Below, one piece after another: positions 50,560 to 63,791 of a stretch of 64,000 bases of DNA. The position numbers and the translations under genes are program-made. The notes beneath the pieces were generated by a model. It searched no databases. It saw nothing but the letters and a program-made list of their open reading frames with translations, and was not told the origin of the DNA. Source of the DNA: Octopus sinensis (Eukaryota); the NCBI RefSeq assembly GCF_006345805.1, contig NW_021832432.1, positions 558,001 to 622,000 of the forward strand, read 5' to 3'. The number at the start of each line of letters is the position of its first letter. Position 1 is the stretch's first letter.

Positions 50560-51200
50560 GTATGTATTCTCATTCATATAGCTACATATCTAGAGATGCT
50601 CATATATATTTAAATGAGAAACTTCTGGAAAGTTGTACAGATTTTTACAGTTCCAGTGATGGCTTGGATCTGTAGTCTTCGAATTATCTTTCTCCTTTCT
50701 GATTTTGAGAAACCAAATTTCTCAAGATTGGTATCTAGGCAGTGTGTTATATATTCCAGGGCCCCAATAATTACAGGTATAAACCTTAACTTGTAATCTG
50801 GATAGAGCAACTTTGATCTGTAGTCTTCTAATCAGCTTTCTCCTTTCTGATTTTGAGAAGCCTAATTTCTCAAGATGGTATTTAGGCAGTGTGTTACATA
50901 TCCCAGTACCCCAATAATTACAGGTATAAACCTGAACTTGTAATCTAGATAGAGTAGCTGTAGATCCTCAATAGTTCAGTATAGGTATTTTATTTTTCAC
51001 TGATCTTCAACTTTATGTTAACATCTGCCAGGCATCTGATTTCCACAATTGTACACAGTTTCTTTTCTCTGTCCCAAATTACTATGTCAGATCTATCATG
51101 TTTACATTTTATTGAGGTTTTTACTGGGACATTCCACCAGTCCTCCTCTTTATTATAAGTGGTTATGGCTTCTACCATATTGTAGGTTCTTATTTCTTTG
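50560..51200 (-). pseudogene. REL-type LINE 3' fragment flanked by (TATG)n, with 148-bp internal tandem duplication
   Basis: WWNVPVKTSIKCKHDRSDIVIWDREKKLCTIVEIRC, FIPVIIGAL, LQIQAITGTVKIC. Confidence 0.8.
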
Positions 51201-51554
51201 GCGTATGTATGTATGTATGTATGTATGTATGTATGTATGAATGTATGTATGTATGTATGTATGTATGTATGTATGTATGTATGTATGTATGTATGCATGC
51301 ATGCATGCATGCATGTATGTATGTATGTATGTATGTATTATTTTTCTTTGCGTTTAATTTAAGTTCTTCTTGAGAGAGTTGAAGCTGGTCACTAACAAAG
51401 AGACATGGATCTAATAAATGTAGTTCAGAGAACAGAATAAATGTAGTTCAATTATGTTGTTCAGAGCATGCTATGTGCAGAAAGGAAAAAAATGTAATTT
51501 GCACAAGATTTTAAGAGAGAGAGAGAGGTTGTATGAGAAAGATAGATAAATAAA

Positions 51555-51642
<88 letters not shown>

Positions 51643-52164
51643 GAGAAAGACAAAGAGAGAGAAAAAGAAAGAGATTCATTTTGAAAAACAGCTGGTATTG
51701 TTTTTGAATACATTTTATCTAGGTATTTTATATTCATTGATCTAGTTGTTGCTTTATTTAAAAATGAACTTCTTTTACTAAATCAGGAATTGATCTCTTT
51801 GCAATCATTAAAAAAAAAAAAAAGAGAGAAGTAGAATTTTGCTTCAGTAATGTTATGTCTAGAAAGAAAAGAGTCAGATGGTTATAGCAGAAGAGCTTTT
51901 GATCATAAATCTCTCTCTCTCTCTCTCAGTTGGATCTTGGCTGACTTGTGGTCTAAACAGCAAACCTTTCTTGGGTAAATTATAATATTGATTTTTAACA
52001 TTAACACAAGGTCATACATTTCAGTCAGGATGAATAAACTAACGGTGGTGAAATCTTTGATATGCCATGGGTTTTAGGTGACATACTGTGGACTTTGAAG
52101 AAAAAAAAAAATTCTCTGTAATAATATCCATCCACCTGTCTTCATACCCAACTATTCTTTAGAG

Positions 52165-52426
52165 CAGCGATTCTCTGCTGGGGTTCCCTGGAACTCTAGG
52201 GTTCTGCAAAAGGTTCCTAGGGGTTCTGTGAGAAAGAGTGAGATAAGGTAATGCTAAGTTCATGATCATATTATTACTATACAAGCACAACATATTATTG
52301 GTTATTGTAATATTGACATCAGTCTCACTAACCTATTATGTTATAAAAAAAATGTGAAAAAAATATATTCCTTTCACATAAGGTACTTGCAAAATGAATT
52401 GATGAACACACACATACCACACACAC

Positions 52427-52470
<44 letters not shown>

Positions 52471-52851
52471 ATATATATATATATATCACTGTCACCGTGA
52501 CCGACCAGGCTATCAGATGTTGCAACACATCGCTGGTCACAATGCGCTTCGCATTGTTTTAGCCTTCAAATGACGCCACCCTGCTGGCTAAGCGAGCAGG
52601 CCAACAGAAGAAAGAGTGAGAGAAAGTTGTGGCAAAAGAGTACGGCCACGAGTCTGCTGCCCTAACCACCGGGCCGTTGCACCTCACTTATATATATATA
52701 TATACATATATATATATGATATTTACCATGTGAACTATGATGAAAAGATATGAAAAAGATATGGTATATCATTTTTTTTTGTACAGGGGTTCCTTGAAAC
52801 ATGTAAGTTATTTTAAAGGTTATGTAAGAGTAAAAAGGTTGAGAAGCACTG
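52165..52851. mobile_element. hAT-type MITE with 8-bp TSD and nested SINE
   Basis: TSD CTTTAGAG at 52157-52164 and 52852-52859; termini CAGCGATTCTC / GAGAAGCACTG. Confidence 0.85.
52486..52686 (-). mobile_element. SINE D-related element, internally deleted, alternative 3' tail
   Basis: Head GGCCCGGTGGTTAGGGCAGCAGACTCGTGG and body ACTTTCTCTCACTCTTTCTT shared with 19581-19915. Confidence 0.7.
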
Positions 52852-53004
52852 CTTTAGAGGGTCATGAAACCAGAGTCTTCAGATTTGCCAGCCAAGGCTT
52901 TTGTCAATGGTCTGAGTTTGTGCCTTTTACTACTAACTGAGACTGTTGGCTGAATCCTTGCGAGTGGATTTGATTGACAGAAACCAAAAGAAGCCCATCA
53001 TATA

Positions 53005-53145
53005 TATAGTATTATTGGATGCTCAGGAAAGAAGGAAAGAAGGAGGGTTTAACGTTTCAAGCAGAGCTCTTCATCGGAAACATAGAAGGAAAGATCCAGA
53101 GAAGGAAGATAAGAAAAAATCGCCAACAGTACACACATGGCACAT
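53005..53145 (-). mobile_element. Short element with near-intact hammerhead-like motif (53047-53081)
   Basis: Minus: GTTT CCGATGA A GAGC TCT GCTT GAAA CGT T AAAC. Confidence 0.7.
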
Positions 53146-53616
53146 TATATATATATACACATCTATATCTCTCTCTCTATATTATGTGTATATATATATA
53201 TACATATATATAATATATATATATATATAATATATACATATATATATATAATGTATATATATATATATTATATGTATATATATATATTTTAGCTGACCGC
53301 TCTCAAGGAGCCCTGGCGATAATGTATTATATATATATATATATGTATATATATATACATATATATATGTGTGTGTATATATATATATATGAGTCTATTT
53401 TATAATTTAGCAATCTTTGTAGGTAATTTTCACCTGTTTTTTGAATAAATATCATCCTGAGGAGATTTGTATATATAAATTTGAATTTTTAAATAAATTC
53501 ACTAGCATATATGTTGTGAAACAAATTGTTGGATTTATATTTATTTTAATTATTTATTATATCATATTTTTTAATATCATATCATATTATAATGTAAATA
53601 AATTTTTAGTATGTTT

Positions 53617-54028
53617 CTTTACTCTCTTTTTTTCTTTTACTTGTTTCAGACACTTGACTGCAGCCATGCTGGAGCACTACCTTTAGTTGAGCAAATTGAC
53701 CCCAGGACTTATTCTTTGTAAGCCTAGTACTTATTCTATCGGTCGCTTTTGCCAAACTGCTATGTTACGGGGACGTAAACACACCACCATCGGCTGTCAA
53801 ACGATGTTGGGGAGACAAACACTGGCACATAAACACACACACACATATATATACATATACACATATACATCGGGCTTCTTTCAGTTTCCGTCTACCAAAT
53901 CCACTTACAAGGCTTTGGTAGGCCTGAGGCTATAATAGAAGGCACTTACCCAAGGTGCCATGCAATGGGACTGAACCTGGAACCATGTGGTTCGTAAGCA
54001 AGCTACTTACCACACAGCCATTCCTGCG
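53617..54028 (-). mobile_element. SINE family A, full length
   Basis: Head, body and tail present. Confidence 0.92.
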
Positions 54029-54112
54029 CTTTACCCTATTTCTTTTCATATTTTTATATATACATACATACATATATATATATAGTATATATATATATAT
54101 ATATATATATAT

Positions 54113-54310
54113 ACGTTGCCATGTTTGACCACTAAATCCACAAGTTTTTTATTCTCACTCTGTTTATTTTCTCTTATTCTTTTCTGTTGAAGAGCATAGG
54201 CTTGAAATGTAAAAGACTTTCTCACTTCCCCAAGCACCAAGCTAATACGCTCGTTTGTTATTCATACACCTATCTTTGTCTTTTGTTTTTCTGTAAATTT
54301 CAAACTATAT
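54113..54310 (+). mobile_element. (TA)n-embedded element with decayed hammerhead-like motif (54181-54215)
   Basis: TTT CTGTTGA A GAGC ATAG GCTT GAAA TGT A AAAG. Confidence 0.6.
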
Positions 54311-55074
54311 TTCTATCAATATATGTATATCTATCTCTCAAACATTATATTATATATATATATATATATATCTCTATATCACATACATATATATGTATAT
54401 GTATATATATGTGTGTGTATATATATGCATGTATTTATATATATATACACATATATACATACACATATATATACACACACACATATATATATATTATATA
54501 TTATAGATACAAATGTACACACACACCACACACACACATATATATATACACACACATATACATACAGATATATACATATATATATATATATGTATACACA
54601 CATACATATGTATATGTATATATACATATATATGTGTATGTGTGTGTGTGTGTATATATACACACACACACACACAATGAAATCTTTAAGTGAAGAAGAA
54701 CGATTTCATGCTTTCCATAATGTCAAAATATCTATTCTGATAAACAACCTATTGACTTGGCACCATCTTCAATATTCTGATCTCCTGATGTGGATAATTT
54801 TACTTCTCAGAATGAATATCATTTAACCTACTCTTTGTTATTCTGAAACCAGCTTCAAAGCTTCAACAGGAGCTGAAGCTATCAGATAAAAAGAATTACA
54901 TCGTTATGTTAACAAGAATACTGTCTGGGCATAATGGTATGATCTATATTCCAAGGAATTCAAAAAACATTTTCTTGAATCAATCCATATTTACCCTTAC
55001 TGTAACTTGTATCAGTAAAATAAAATCAACATCTCTTGAAATTTTGTGCACATACACATGCATGCACATACACA

Positions 55075-55129
<55 letters not shown>

Positions 55130-55796
55130 TAACATGTATAAACTCTCTCTCTCTTTATCTCTCCCCTTCTTTATGATATGTGTGTGTGTCTGTCTGTGTG
55201 CGTATATATATATATATGTATATGTAAGTATATATCTATATCTATATTTAAAATTATAAGGGTGAAAAATTGAATATTAATTTGATTAATATCAATTTAA
55301 AACCAGTTGTCTAGCAGTTTTCTAGGAGATTCAGAAAAATTATATTACATACATATAAGAGGGATGACCACTACGTGGACATCCATTATGCTAGAAGTAT
55401 ATCTGCTATGGTCTTACTAGAGAGGAATGAGAGGAATGTCTTACTAGAGAGGAAAGAGAGGAATGTTCTCAAGAAAATTTAGCAAGTCATATATACATAC
55501 ATCCCACACACACACACACACACATACATACTGTTATATATATGTGGGTTTGTGTATTGTTTTTATCTCAGGGGAGTCATTGTACCTATAAGAAACATAA
55601 TACTTCCTTTGTTATCGTTAGTCAATTTGTCAACATTTAACCAATTAACTAATTGACTGTTTGATCTCCCCATTTGTTCAATCACACAATCAAGTTCAGA
55701 ATTGTACAAAAGACAAAATAAATAAATAAATAAAATATAATAATAATAATAAAACCAGCAAAAAACAAAAGACAGTGTCAGGTGAGGGTACAATCA

Positions 55797-55835
55797 TTTC
55801 TGAAGAAGAAGAACATAGTCTTGAAACATCAAAAA
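55797..55835 (+). ncRNA. Decayed hammerhead-like motif
   Basis: TTT CTGAAGA AG AAGA ACATAG TCTT GAAA CAT C AAAAA (ACGT stem III decayed to ACAT). Confidence 0.55.
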
Positions 55836-56299
55836 CTCTTCCATTTTTTTCTGAGCTTCAAACTAGTACACTTTTTTTGTTGTTCCCTAACTACAACAAC
55901 AACAACAATAACAACAGTAACAGCAGAAACAACAACAAGAAGAGCAACAAATAAATTTCATAATTTACCTGTATCCTCCTAAATACAGTTTGATAACTAA
56001 AAAATCAATATAAAAATCAAATACAATCCAGTGGAGTGGGAAGCCAGGGAAGTTTTGTAATAAATATTTGAGTTGTCGGAAACATGTTGCTTCTATGGTT
56101 GGCGGAGGAAGTGTTTAAATATTTCACTTCTGTTGATTACTTAATGAATGGTTAAATAGTTTGGGGGATTATTTCAACTTCAGTTTCCTCTTTGCCTGCA
56201 CCTGTTTCTGGTACCGATTCCGATTCTGTAATTGAACTTCCATCTGACACCTGTGTCTGCAGATATGCATGCATGCTACATATAAATACATACATACAT

Positions 56300-56790
<491 letters not shown>

Positions 56791-56904
56791 ACATGCACAC
56801 ACATAGACACACAACAGTAGCTCCAAAATCTATCTCACTCATGGGCAACCTGCAGCCCATAAGACTTTCTGAATGACAGGCATAATGAAAAATTACTTTG
56901 AATT

Positions 56905-57180
56905 TTTTTTTACTACACTAAGAGTTGCTGAAGTATGGAACAAACTGCTGGCATCAGTTGTTAGTTGTCGGAGTACTGCATCCTTCAAAACTTCCATGCT
57001 TCCTGAGATTCGCCAACACTACACCTGATTTTCTCCCCTCCATACACACACAAGCATGTATCTGACTCATATACTGTTTACTTTCCAGACATTTGTACAT
57101 TATTGCATATGCTTTATATGCACTTTTGACAAGTTGTGGTGCACCTGAGCACTATATACAATAATTTCATTACATATGCA
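56905..57180 (+). mobile_element. CR1-type LINE 3' end
   Basis: YTLRVAEVWNKLLASVVSCRSTASFKTSMLPEIRQHYT* plus 3'UTR; partial duplicate at ~60225-60363. Confidence 0.75.
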
Positions 57181-57935
57181 AGACTTTTCTCAAGTTTAAA
57201 ACGTAACATTGTTTTCCTTATCTACATTCCAAAGATGGCGCTATGTATCTTTGTTGGAAACCAGCTCCTTCTTCAGAGGAAGAATTTAAATAATTTAAAA
57301 CAGAAGTGAACCATACATACATACTCACACGTGCATACACACACAAATGCACAAAAGCAAACACAGACAGACAGACAGACACACACACACGCACACACAC
57401 ACATGCACACATACATACATACATACATACATACATACATACATACATACATACATACACGCACACATAAGAAAAATGTTGAATTCCAGTCAGCATAAAT
57501 CTTCTAATAGATTTGAGCCATTAGTAAATGTGCTTTTGTTGTTCATAAACTTACCTTTAAATAATAACCTCCATTTAACATTTATATATTTGTGCACAGG
57601 CTCATATGTATGTATATATGTTTGGGTATATGTATGTGAGTGCATATAGCACATATGCTCACACACACAAATGTACATACATCCATACACACACACTCAT
57701 ATAACTGTGTTAGTTCATTCAAAGAAATAGTCATATATCTAAAAAAAAAAATAACACAATACCACTTTAGAATGAAGTGGAGTATGATATATTAAATTTT
57801 ATTTTGGATGAAAGTTAAATAATCTGTGATAAATATCTTTCATTTCATATTGAGAATCAATGATTCCAAACAAACTTTCAGAAAAATGTATGGACTGGCT
57901 GTGAAGTGAAGAAGACTTGAATATGTGGAGAGAGG

Positions 57936-57984
<49 letters not shown>

Positions 57985-57985
57985 G

Positions 57986-58020
<35 letters not shown>

Positions 58021-58918
58021 TATATAAATATATATATATATATAAGTATATATATATATATATGTATACATTTTTTTAACTGGGTGTCATGAATATAAAA
58101 ATCACATTGCTATTTAAATAAGATATCATGCCTTATATACAAACCATCATCATCATCATCATCATCAACAGCAGCAGCAGCACCAACATACTTTTACATC
58201 TGCCTTCCATGCTAATATGGACTAGGTGGCTCATTACAGCCTGGTTACTTCCTGATGGGAAGGGAGCTACTGATCCAAAATCTATCTCGGAATGACATAC
58301 CTAATGAAAAATTACCGTGAATTTTTTTTTTTACTAGTGTGGTCTGTCTGATGATGAGCTATATCTCATGTGGCCCACTTCTCAAAAAGGGTTGCCCATT
58401 CCTGCTCTATACAATTTCATGTCATTTGGCTTGGTTTCTACAAACGGTGGCTCTTCCTAAATCCAGCCACTTTTCAGAATGTACTTGGTGCATTTTCCTG
58501 TTATACCAACACAAGATAGTTTAAATAGTCTTTAGGGATGCCATAACTCCTCACTCTCTCTATTTGAACAGTCAACAACTTTATAATGTGAACAGTAGAG
58601 GGAACAATAACAACAGAAAGGCCAGAGATGGGTATTTGAAAGAGTGAAAGAGAGCAATGACAACAGAAAGACTAGAATGGATGGGAGAACAGAAGGAACA
58701 GGAGTATGATGAGAGGAAAAGGGGGATATTTAGGGGTCGTATCAGGAGGTGAGTGACTTGGAATGGTTGAGGTAGCCAAAGGTAAAGGTAAGTGCAATAA
58801 AAGAATGAGGGGAAAAGGCAATGCTATTTGGGTGAAGTAGGGATTGAAAGGTGAGTGGTTGGCAATAGCAGAGGTGGGTGATAGGATAACAGAGTTAGTA
58901 GATGAGGAGGTGGTTATA

Positions 58919-59165
58919 GGCGAGTTTGGTGGTTATAGGCGAGCTGGCAGAAACGTTAGCACGCTGGGTGAAATGCTTAGCGGTATTTCGTCTGCGTTAT
59001 GTTGTGAGTTCAAATTCCGCCGAGGTCGACTTTGCCTTTCATCCTTTCGGGATGGATAAATTAAGTACCAGTTACGCACTGGGGTCGATGTAATCGACTT
59101 AATACCTATGTCTGTCCTTGTTTGTCCCCTCTGTGTTTAGCCCCTTGTGGGTAATAACGAAATAG
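58919..59165 (+). mobile_element. SINE family B (tail type 1), low divergence
   Basis: GGCGAGCTGGCAGAAACGTTAGCACG...; flanked by GGTTATAGG repeats (possible TSD). Confidence 0.9.
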
Positions 59166-59911
59166 GTTATAGGTTAGAAGAGAGACAGGGTTAGCTGAGA
59201 GATATAATTCAATTATCAAAAAAAATTTTGGGAGTGTGTTTTATTTCACCAGGTTGAGTGGTTAAGAAGTTTGCACTTAAGCCATGTGTTTTCTGCTATA
59301 ACTTTATGTTGGCCAAAGACCTATGGGTAGATTTGGTAGCAGAAACTGAAAGAAGCCTGTCATATACATACATACATACATATATATAGCCAAGGCCAAA
59401 GGGAGATAATCATTTACCTATCTGGTGCTTGGGTGACTGCAAGATAGCAGCAGAGCTGAAGATCGGTGGACAATGGCAAAGGGAGATAATCAACTTTGAA
59501 AAAAGGCATTTCACTAACTCCCATAGGTACAGACCCATATTCAACAGGCACAACATTAGGGTCTCATCTAGCGGTATCCCCAACAGTAAGAGCATCCTAG
59601 TTAGTGCCCCTAGGACACAGAAAGAGGTGGGTTAGTCACGCAGGATCCAAAGCTGTTGCCCGGTAGGAGGCCACTGTGAAACCAAAGGGGTCGTATATCA
59701 AGGTTCTAACATGATATGCCGGAAGAAACAATAACAGCTGTAGACATGAGAACAGAGTCAATAACACAGCCACCATCGCCACCATGGACAGTAGCATCGC
59801 TAACAACAACAGCAGCAGCAGCATCACCAACAGCACCAACATCACCACCATTGCCAGCCTCACTAATAGTTTCCCCGATGTCCACGATGCCAGACCTACA
59901 ATCAATATAAA

Positions 59912-59986
59912 AATCTATCTATCTATCTATCTATGTCTGTCTGTCAATATGTCTATGTATCTATTTTTCTATCTGTCAGTCAGACT

Positions 59987-60018
<32 letters not shown>

Positions 60019-60027
60019 GTCTGTCTG

Positions 60028-60105
<78 letters not shown>

Positions 60106-60363
60106 GACATGCACACACATAGACACACAACAGTAGCTCCAAAATCTATCTCACTCATGGGCAACCTGCAGCCCATAAGACTTTCTGAATGACAGGTATA
60201 ATGAAAAATTACTTTGAATTTTTTTTTACTACACTAAGAGTTGCTGAAGTATGGAACAAACTGCTGGCATCAGTTGTTAGTTGTCGGAGCACTGCATCCT
60301 TCAAAACTTCCATGCTTCCTGAGATTCGCCAACACTACACCTGATTTTCTCCCCTCCATACAC
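59912..60363 (+). repeat. Near-identical direct duplicate of 56591-57047
   Basis: Shared microsatellite junctions and ~250 bp of non-microsatellite sequence with about 2 substitutions. Confidence 0.9.
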
Positions 60364-60951
60364 TGCTTCTACTTCTCTCTCTTCTCTTCCCACGTGACTG
60401 GCGTTCAGCCAAGCCTGTTCTTTCTTTCTTGGTCTGGCCATTGTCCGTGCAACATCGATATTCCTCCCTGTGTCTGTGAAATCTTGTATCCCTGCTGTAT
60501 GGCTTCACTTCCACACATGCCAGCTTAATTTAATTTGTCCTTAGTCGAAACACGCCTGTTGTTATGTCCTGTTATTATTTTTATTGTATTTGTGTAACAT
60601 TGTCCATTTTTTTCTGTCCTTGTTATTGTATACATTCGCTGCTTTCTTCCAAGGAATCTAATGTTCTTAGCTTAGTTTTTCCTTGGTGCTGGCCAGATTG
60701 GAGCAATCTCAAGTATAATCAGCCAAAATTGTGAAGATAATCTGGTACTTGACTGAGGAAAGAAAACTTCTTATGACCCATCCTTGATTTCTTGTATCAT
60801 CCATCTGGATGTTTTTTTGTCCCATTTTTGTATCATCTGACTGTCCGGATGTTTTTGTATTCTTGTCCCATTTTGTTATTTTTTATATATATATATATAT
60901 TATATATAGTGGCGTACATACACTTTGGTCTCTTATATGTAATATATACAT

Positions 60952-61035
<84 letters not shown>

Positions 61036-61338
61036 TATAAATATTCTTTCTTTGAATTTTTTATTTTGTTTTAGCCATTTGACTGTGGCCATGCTGAAGC
61101 ACCACCTTTAGTTGAGCAAATTGACCCCAGGACTTATTCCTCGTAAGCCTACTACTTATTCTATTTGTCTCTTTTGTTGAATCATTAAGTTGCAGGAGTG
61201 TAAGCACACTAGCATCGGTTGTCAAGCAATGTCAGTAGGACAAACACAGACACACACACATATATATATGCATACATTGATATATATATCTATATATATA
61301 TGTATATGTGTATATATGAATAAATATATATATATATA

Positions 61339-61940
61339 GCACGATCTTCGAACTTTAGGCCTCACTGAGGAAATGACCAGCGACCGAGACCTTTGGAAAT
61401 ATGTTGTACGTGAGAAGACCAGGCAGGTCAAGTGAGCCCAGCCCACTTATGCATGCCTTTCCTCCCTTGGACACAAAGACCTATTGAGGCAAGCGAAGTC
61501 GATATAGAACCTCATCCGACGACAGGCACCCATGCCAACCCCCTTTGCTTGCGAAGACATGTTGGGGCAAGTGAAATCGAAATCGAAATCGAATTGAACC
61601 AGCCAGGATCCCTGGTCTGGTGGTACGTAAAAAGCACTATCCGACTCGTGGCCGATGCCAGCGCCACCTCGACTGGCCTCCGTGCCGGTGGCACGTAAAA
61701 TACACCAATACGACCGTGGCCGTTGCCAGCCTCGCCTGGCACCTGTGCAGGTGGCACGTAAAAAGCACCCACTACACTCACGGAGTGGTTGGCGTTAGGA
61801 AGGGCATCCAGCTGTAGAAACATTGCCAGATAAGACTGGAGCCTGTGCAGGCTTCTGGCTTCCCAGATCCCCGGTCGAACCGTCCAACCCATGCTAGCAT
61901 GGAGAACGGACGTTAAACGATGATGATGATGATGATGATG
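61339..61940 (+). mobile_element. RTE LINE ORF end + 3'UTR + (GAT)n tail
   Basis: HDLRTLGLTEEMTSDRDLWKYVVREKTRQVK*; GGCGTTAGGAAGGGCATCCAGCTGTAGAAA; (GAT)n. Confidence 0.9.
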
Positions 61941-62111
61941 ATATATATATATATATATATATCTGAAAGTCTATGAGAATTACTTAATACAATTTTGAAG
62001 TGTAAAGGTGATGTTTTTCCAAAATTATTTTTTTAAAAGAATGCTATGAACAAAAAATGTTTTTGGACATGTTCAAATATATATATATGGGGGGAAGGTA
62101 GGTCTGTGTAT

Positions 62112-62192
<81 letters not shown>

Positions 62193-62529
62193 ATAAATTT
62201 GTATTTTCATCATCTTCATGTATGTTTGATCGTAAACAATGGCTTCACACTGATGGTGTTGTTTGTTTGCAATTCACATTCACCTTGAAAGAATGTCTGA
62301 ACTTCTTGTCTTGTCTTGATATGTTGTGCAATCTCTGAAAAACAAAAGTCTCCTGAATTCATACAACATGATTTGTTTCTAGTTTTCTGTGTAAAACATG
62401 TCTCGGCTGTTCATTGTTTGACTGACTAGGAGACTGTCATCTGGCTTGGAAACAAATAAAGGCTGAAACCCAATGAAGGGCATCCAGTAGCAGAAAAACT
62501 CTGCCTCAAAATATTCTCATTTGATCCAT

Positions 62530-63095
62530 ACATCATCATCATCATCATCATTTAGCGTCCGTTTTCCATGCTAGCATGGGTTGGACGGTTCAACTGGGGT
62601 CTGTGAAGCCAGAAGGCTGCATTAGGCCCAGTCTGATCTGGCAGTGTTTCTACGGCTGGATGCCCTTCCTAACGCCAACCACTCTGCGAGTGTAGTTGGT
62701 GCTTTTTACGTGCCACCCGCACAGGTGCCAGACAGAGCTGGCAAACGGCCACGAACGGATGGTGCTTTTTACGTGCCACCGGCACGGGGGCCAGGTGAGG
62801 CTGGCAACGGCCACGAACAGATGGTGCTTTTTACGTGCTACCGGCACGGGGGCCAGGCGAGACTGGCAATGGCCACGAATGGATGGTGCTTTTTACATGC
62901 CACCAGCACAGGGGCCAGGCGAGGCTGGCAATGGCCACGAACGGATGGTGCTTTTTACGTGTCACCGGCACGGAGGCCAGTCGGGGCGGCGCTGGCAATA
63001 GCCATGATTGGATGGTTCACTTACTTGTCACCGGCACTGGTATCACAGCCGCAATTTCCATTGATGTTGATCGACTTCGATTTTGGTTCTGCTTT
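62530..63095 (-). mobile_element. RTE 3'UTR copy with ~62-bp internal VNTR x5
   Basis: Units GGTGCTTTTTACGTGCCACCGGCACGGGGGCCAGG... at ~62-bp period. Confidence 0.9.
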
Positions 63096-63148
63096 CTGAT
63101 ATCTGATTTGATTTGGTTTGATTTGATTTTATATATAAAAAAAAAACA

Positions 63149-63378
63149 TTAACCTTTTCATTAGTGTATTTATTTTGAGATGTTCTGTGTTTCCTTCCAT
63201 TAATTTTTAAATATAACAAAGAATTTAGTAAAAGAACTTAGTTATCATTAAGCAAGTGTTAGGAACATAAATTGTGACTAAAGTTTGGTGGAAGATTTTA
63301 ATTCAAAACATATGAAAACAAAACATTTGTACTCAGAGCCAGAGCCAGTTTCAGCCAGGTTGGTAACGAAAGGGTTAA
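63149..63378 (-). mobile_element. piggyBac-like MITE (family of 7841-8073)
   Basis: TTAA at both ends; GGTAACGAAAGGGTTAA terminus. Confidence 0.8.
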
Positions 63379-63791
63379 ATGATGATGATGTATAATGGTA
63401 AAAATGGTGATGTTATGTTTAATATTTCTAATTTTTTTTTAGATTTGTGTAAATTATAACATGTTAGGAATATTTTATAGAACAGTTAAAAGTGCTAGTA
63501 AATTTGAAATGGTTTTACTTTAAATGGACACAGTATAACCAAATGGTTAAGAAGTTTGCTTCATAAGCACAAGGTCTTGGGTTCCATCCTATCATATGAC
63601 ATCTTTGGCAAGTGTTGGGTCAATTCAAGCTTTATGAGTGATATTGGATAGAAAAAGACTGTGTTGGTGCCTATCTGATGATAGATTCTTCTTTTAATTT
63701 AAAGGTCCAGCCTTGGTACAAACTGTGCCATGCTTCTTCAGCCCTGAAAATTATATTAGTGATACATGTGCCAGTGGAATGTTGAGTTACT

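Noticed and set aside
51930-52100. Candidate micro-exons (+ 51931-51975; - ~52048-52096)
   Set aside because: Splice-like signals arise from poly-pyrimidine microsatellite or poly-A runs; more than one frame is open and there is no supporting peptide identity.
57205-57290. Hammerhead-like CTGAAGA AGGAG...TTCC AA CAAAGAT..ATCTTTG on the minus strand
   Set aside because: GAAA and the cleavage triplet are not recoverable; it is mentioned only as a weak case.
60690-60750. CCAGAT...AATCTGG stem with possible hammerhead variant
   Set aside because: The core and stem II do not fit; too degenerate to call.
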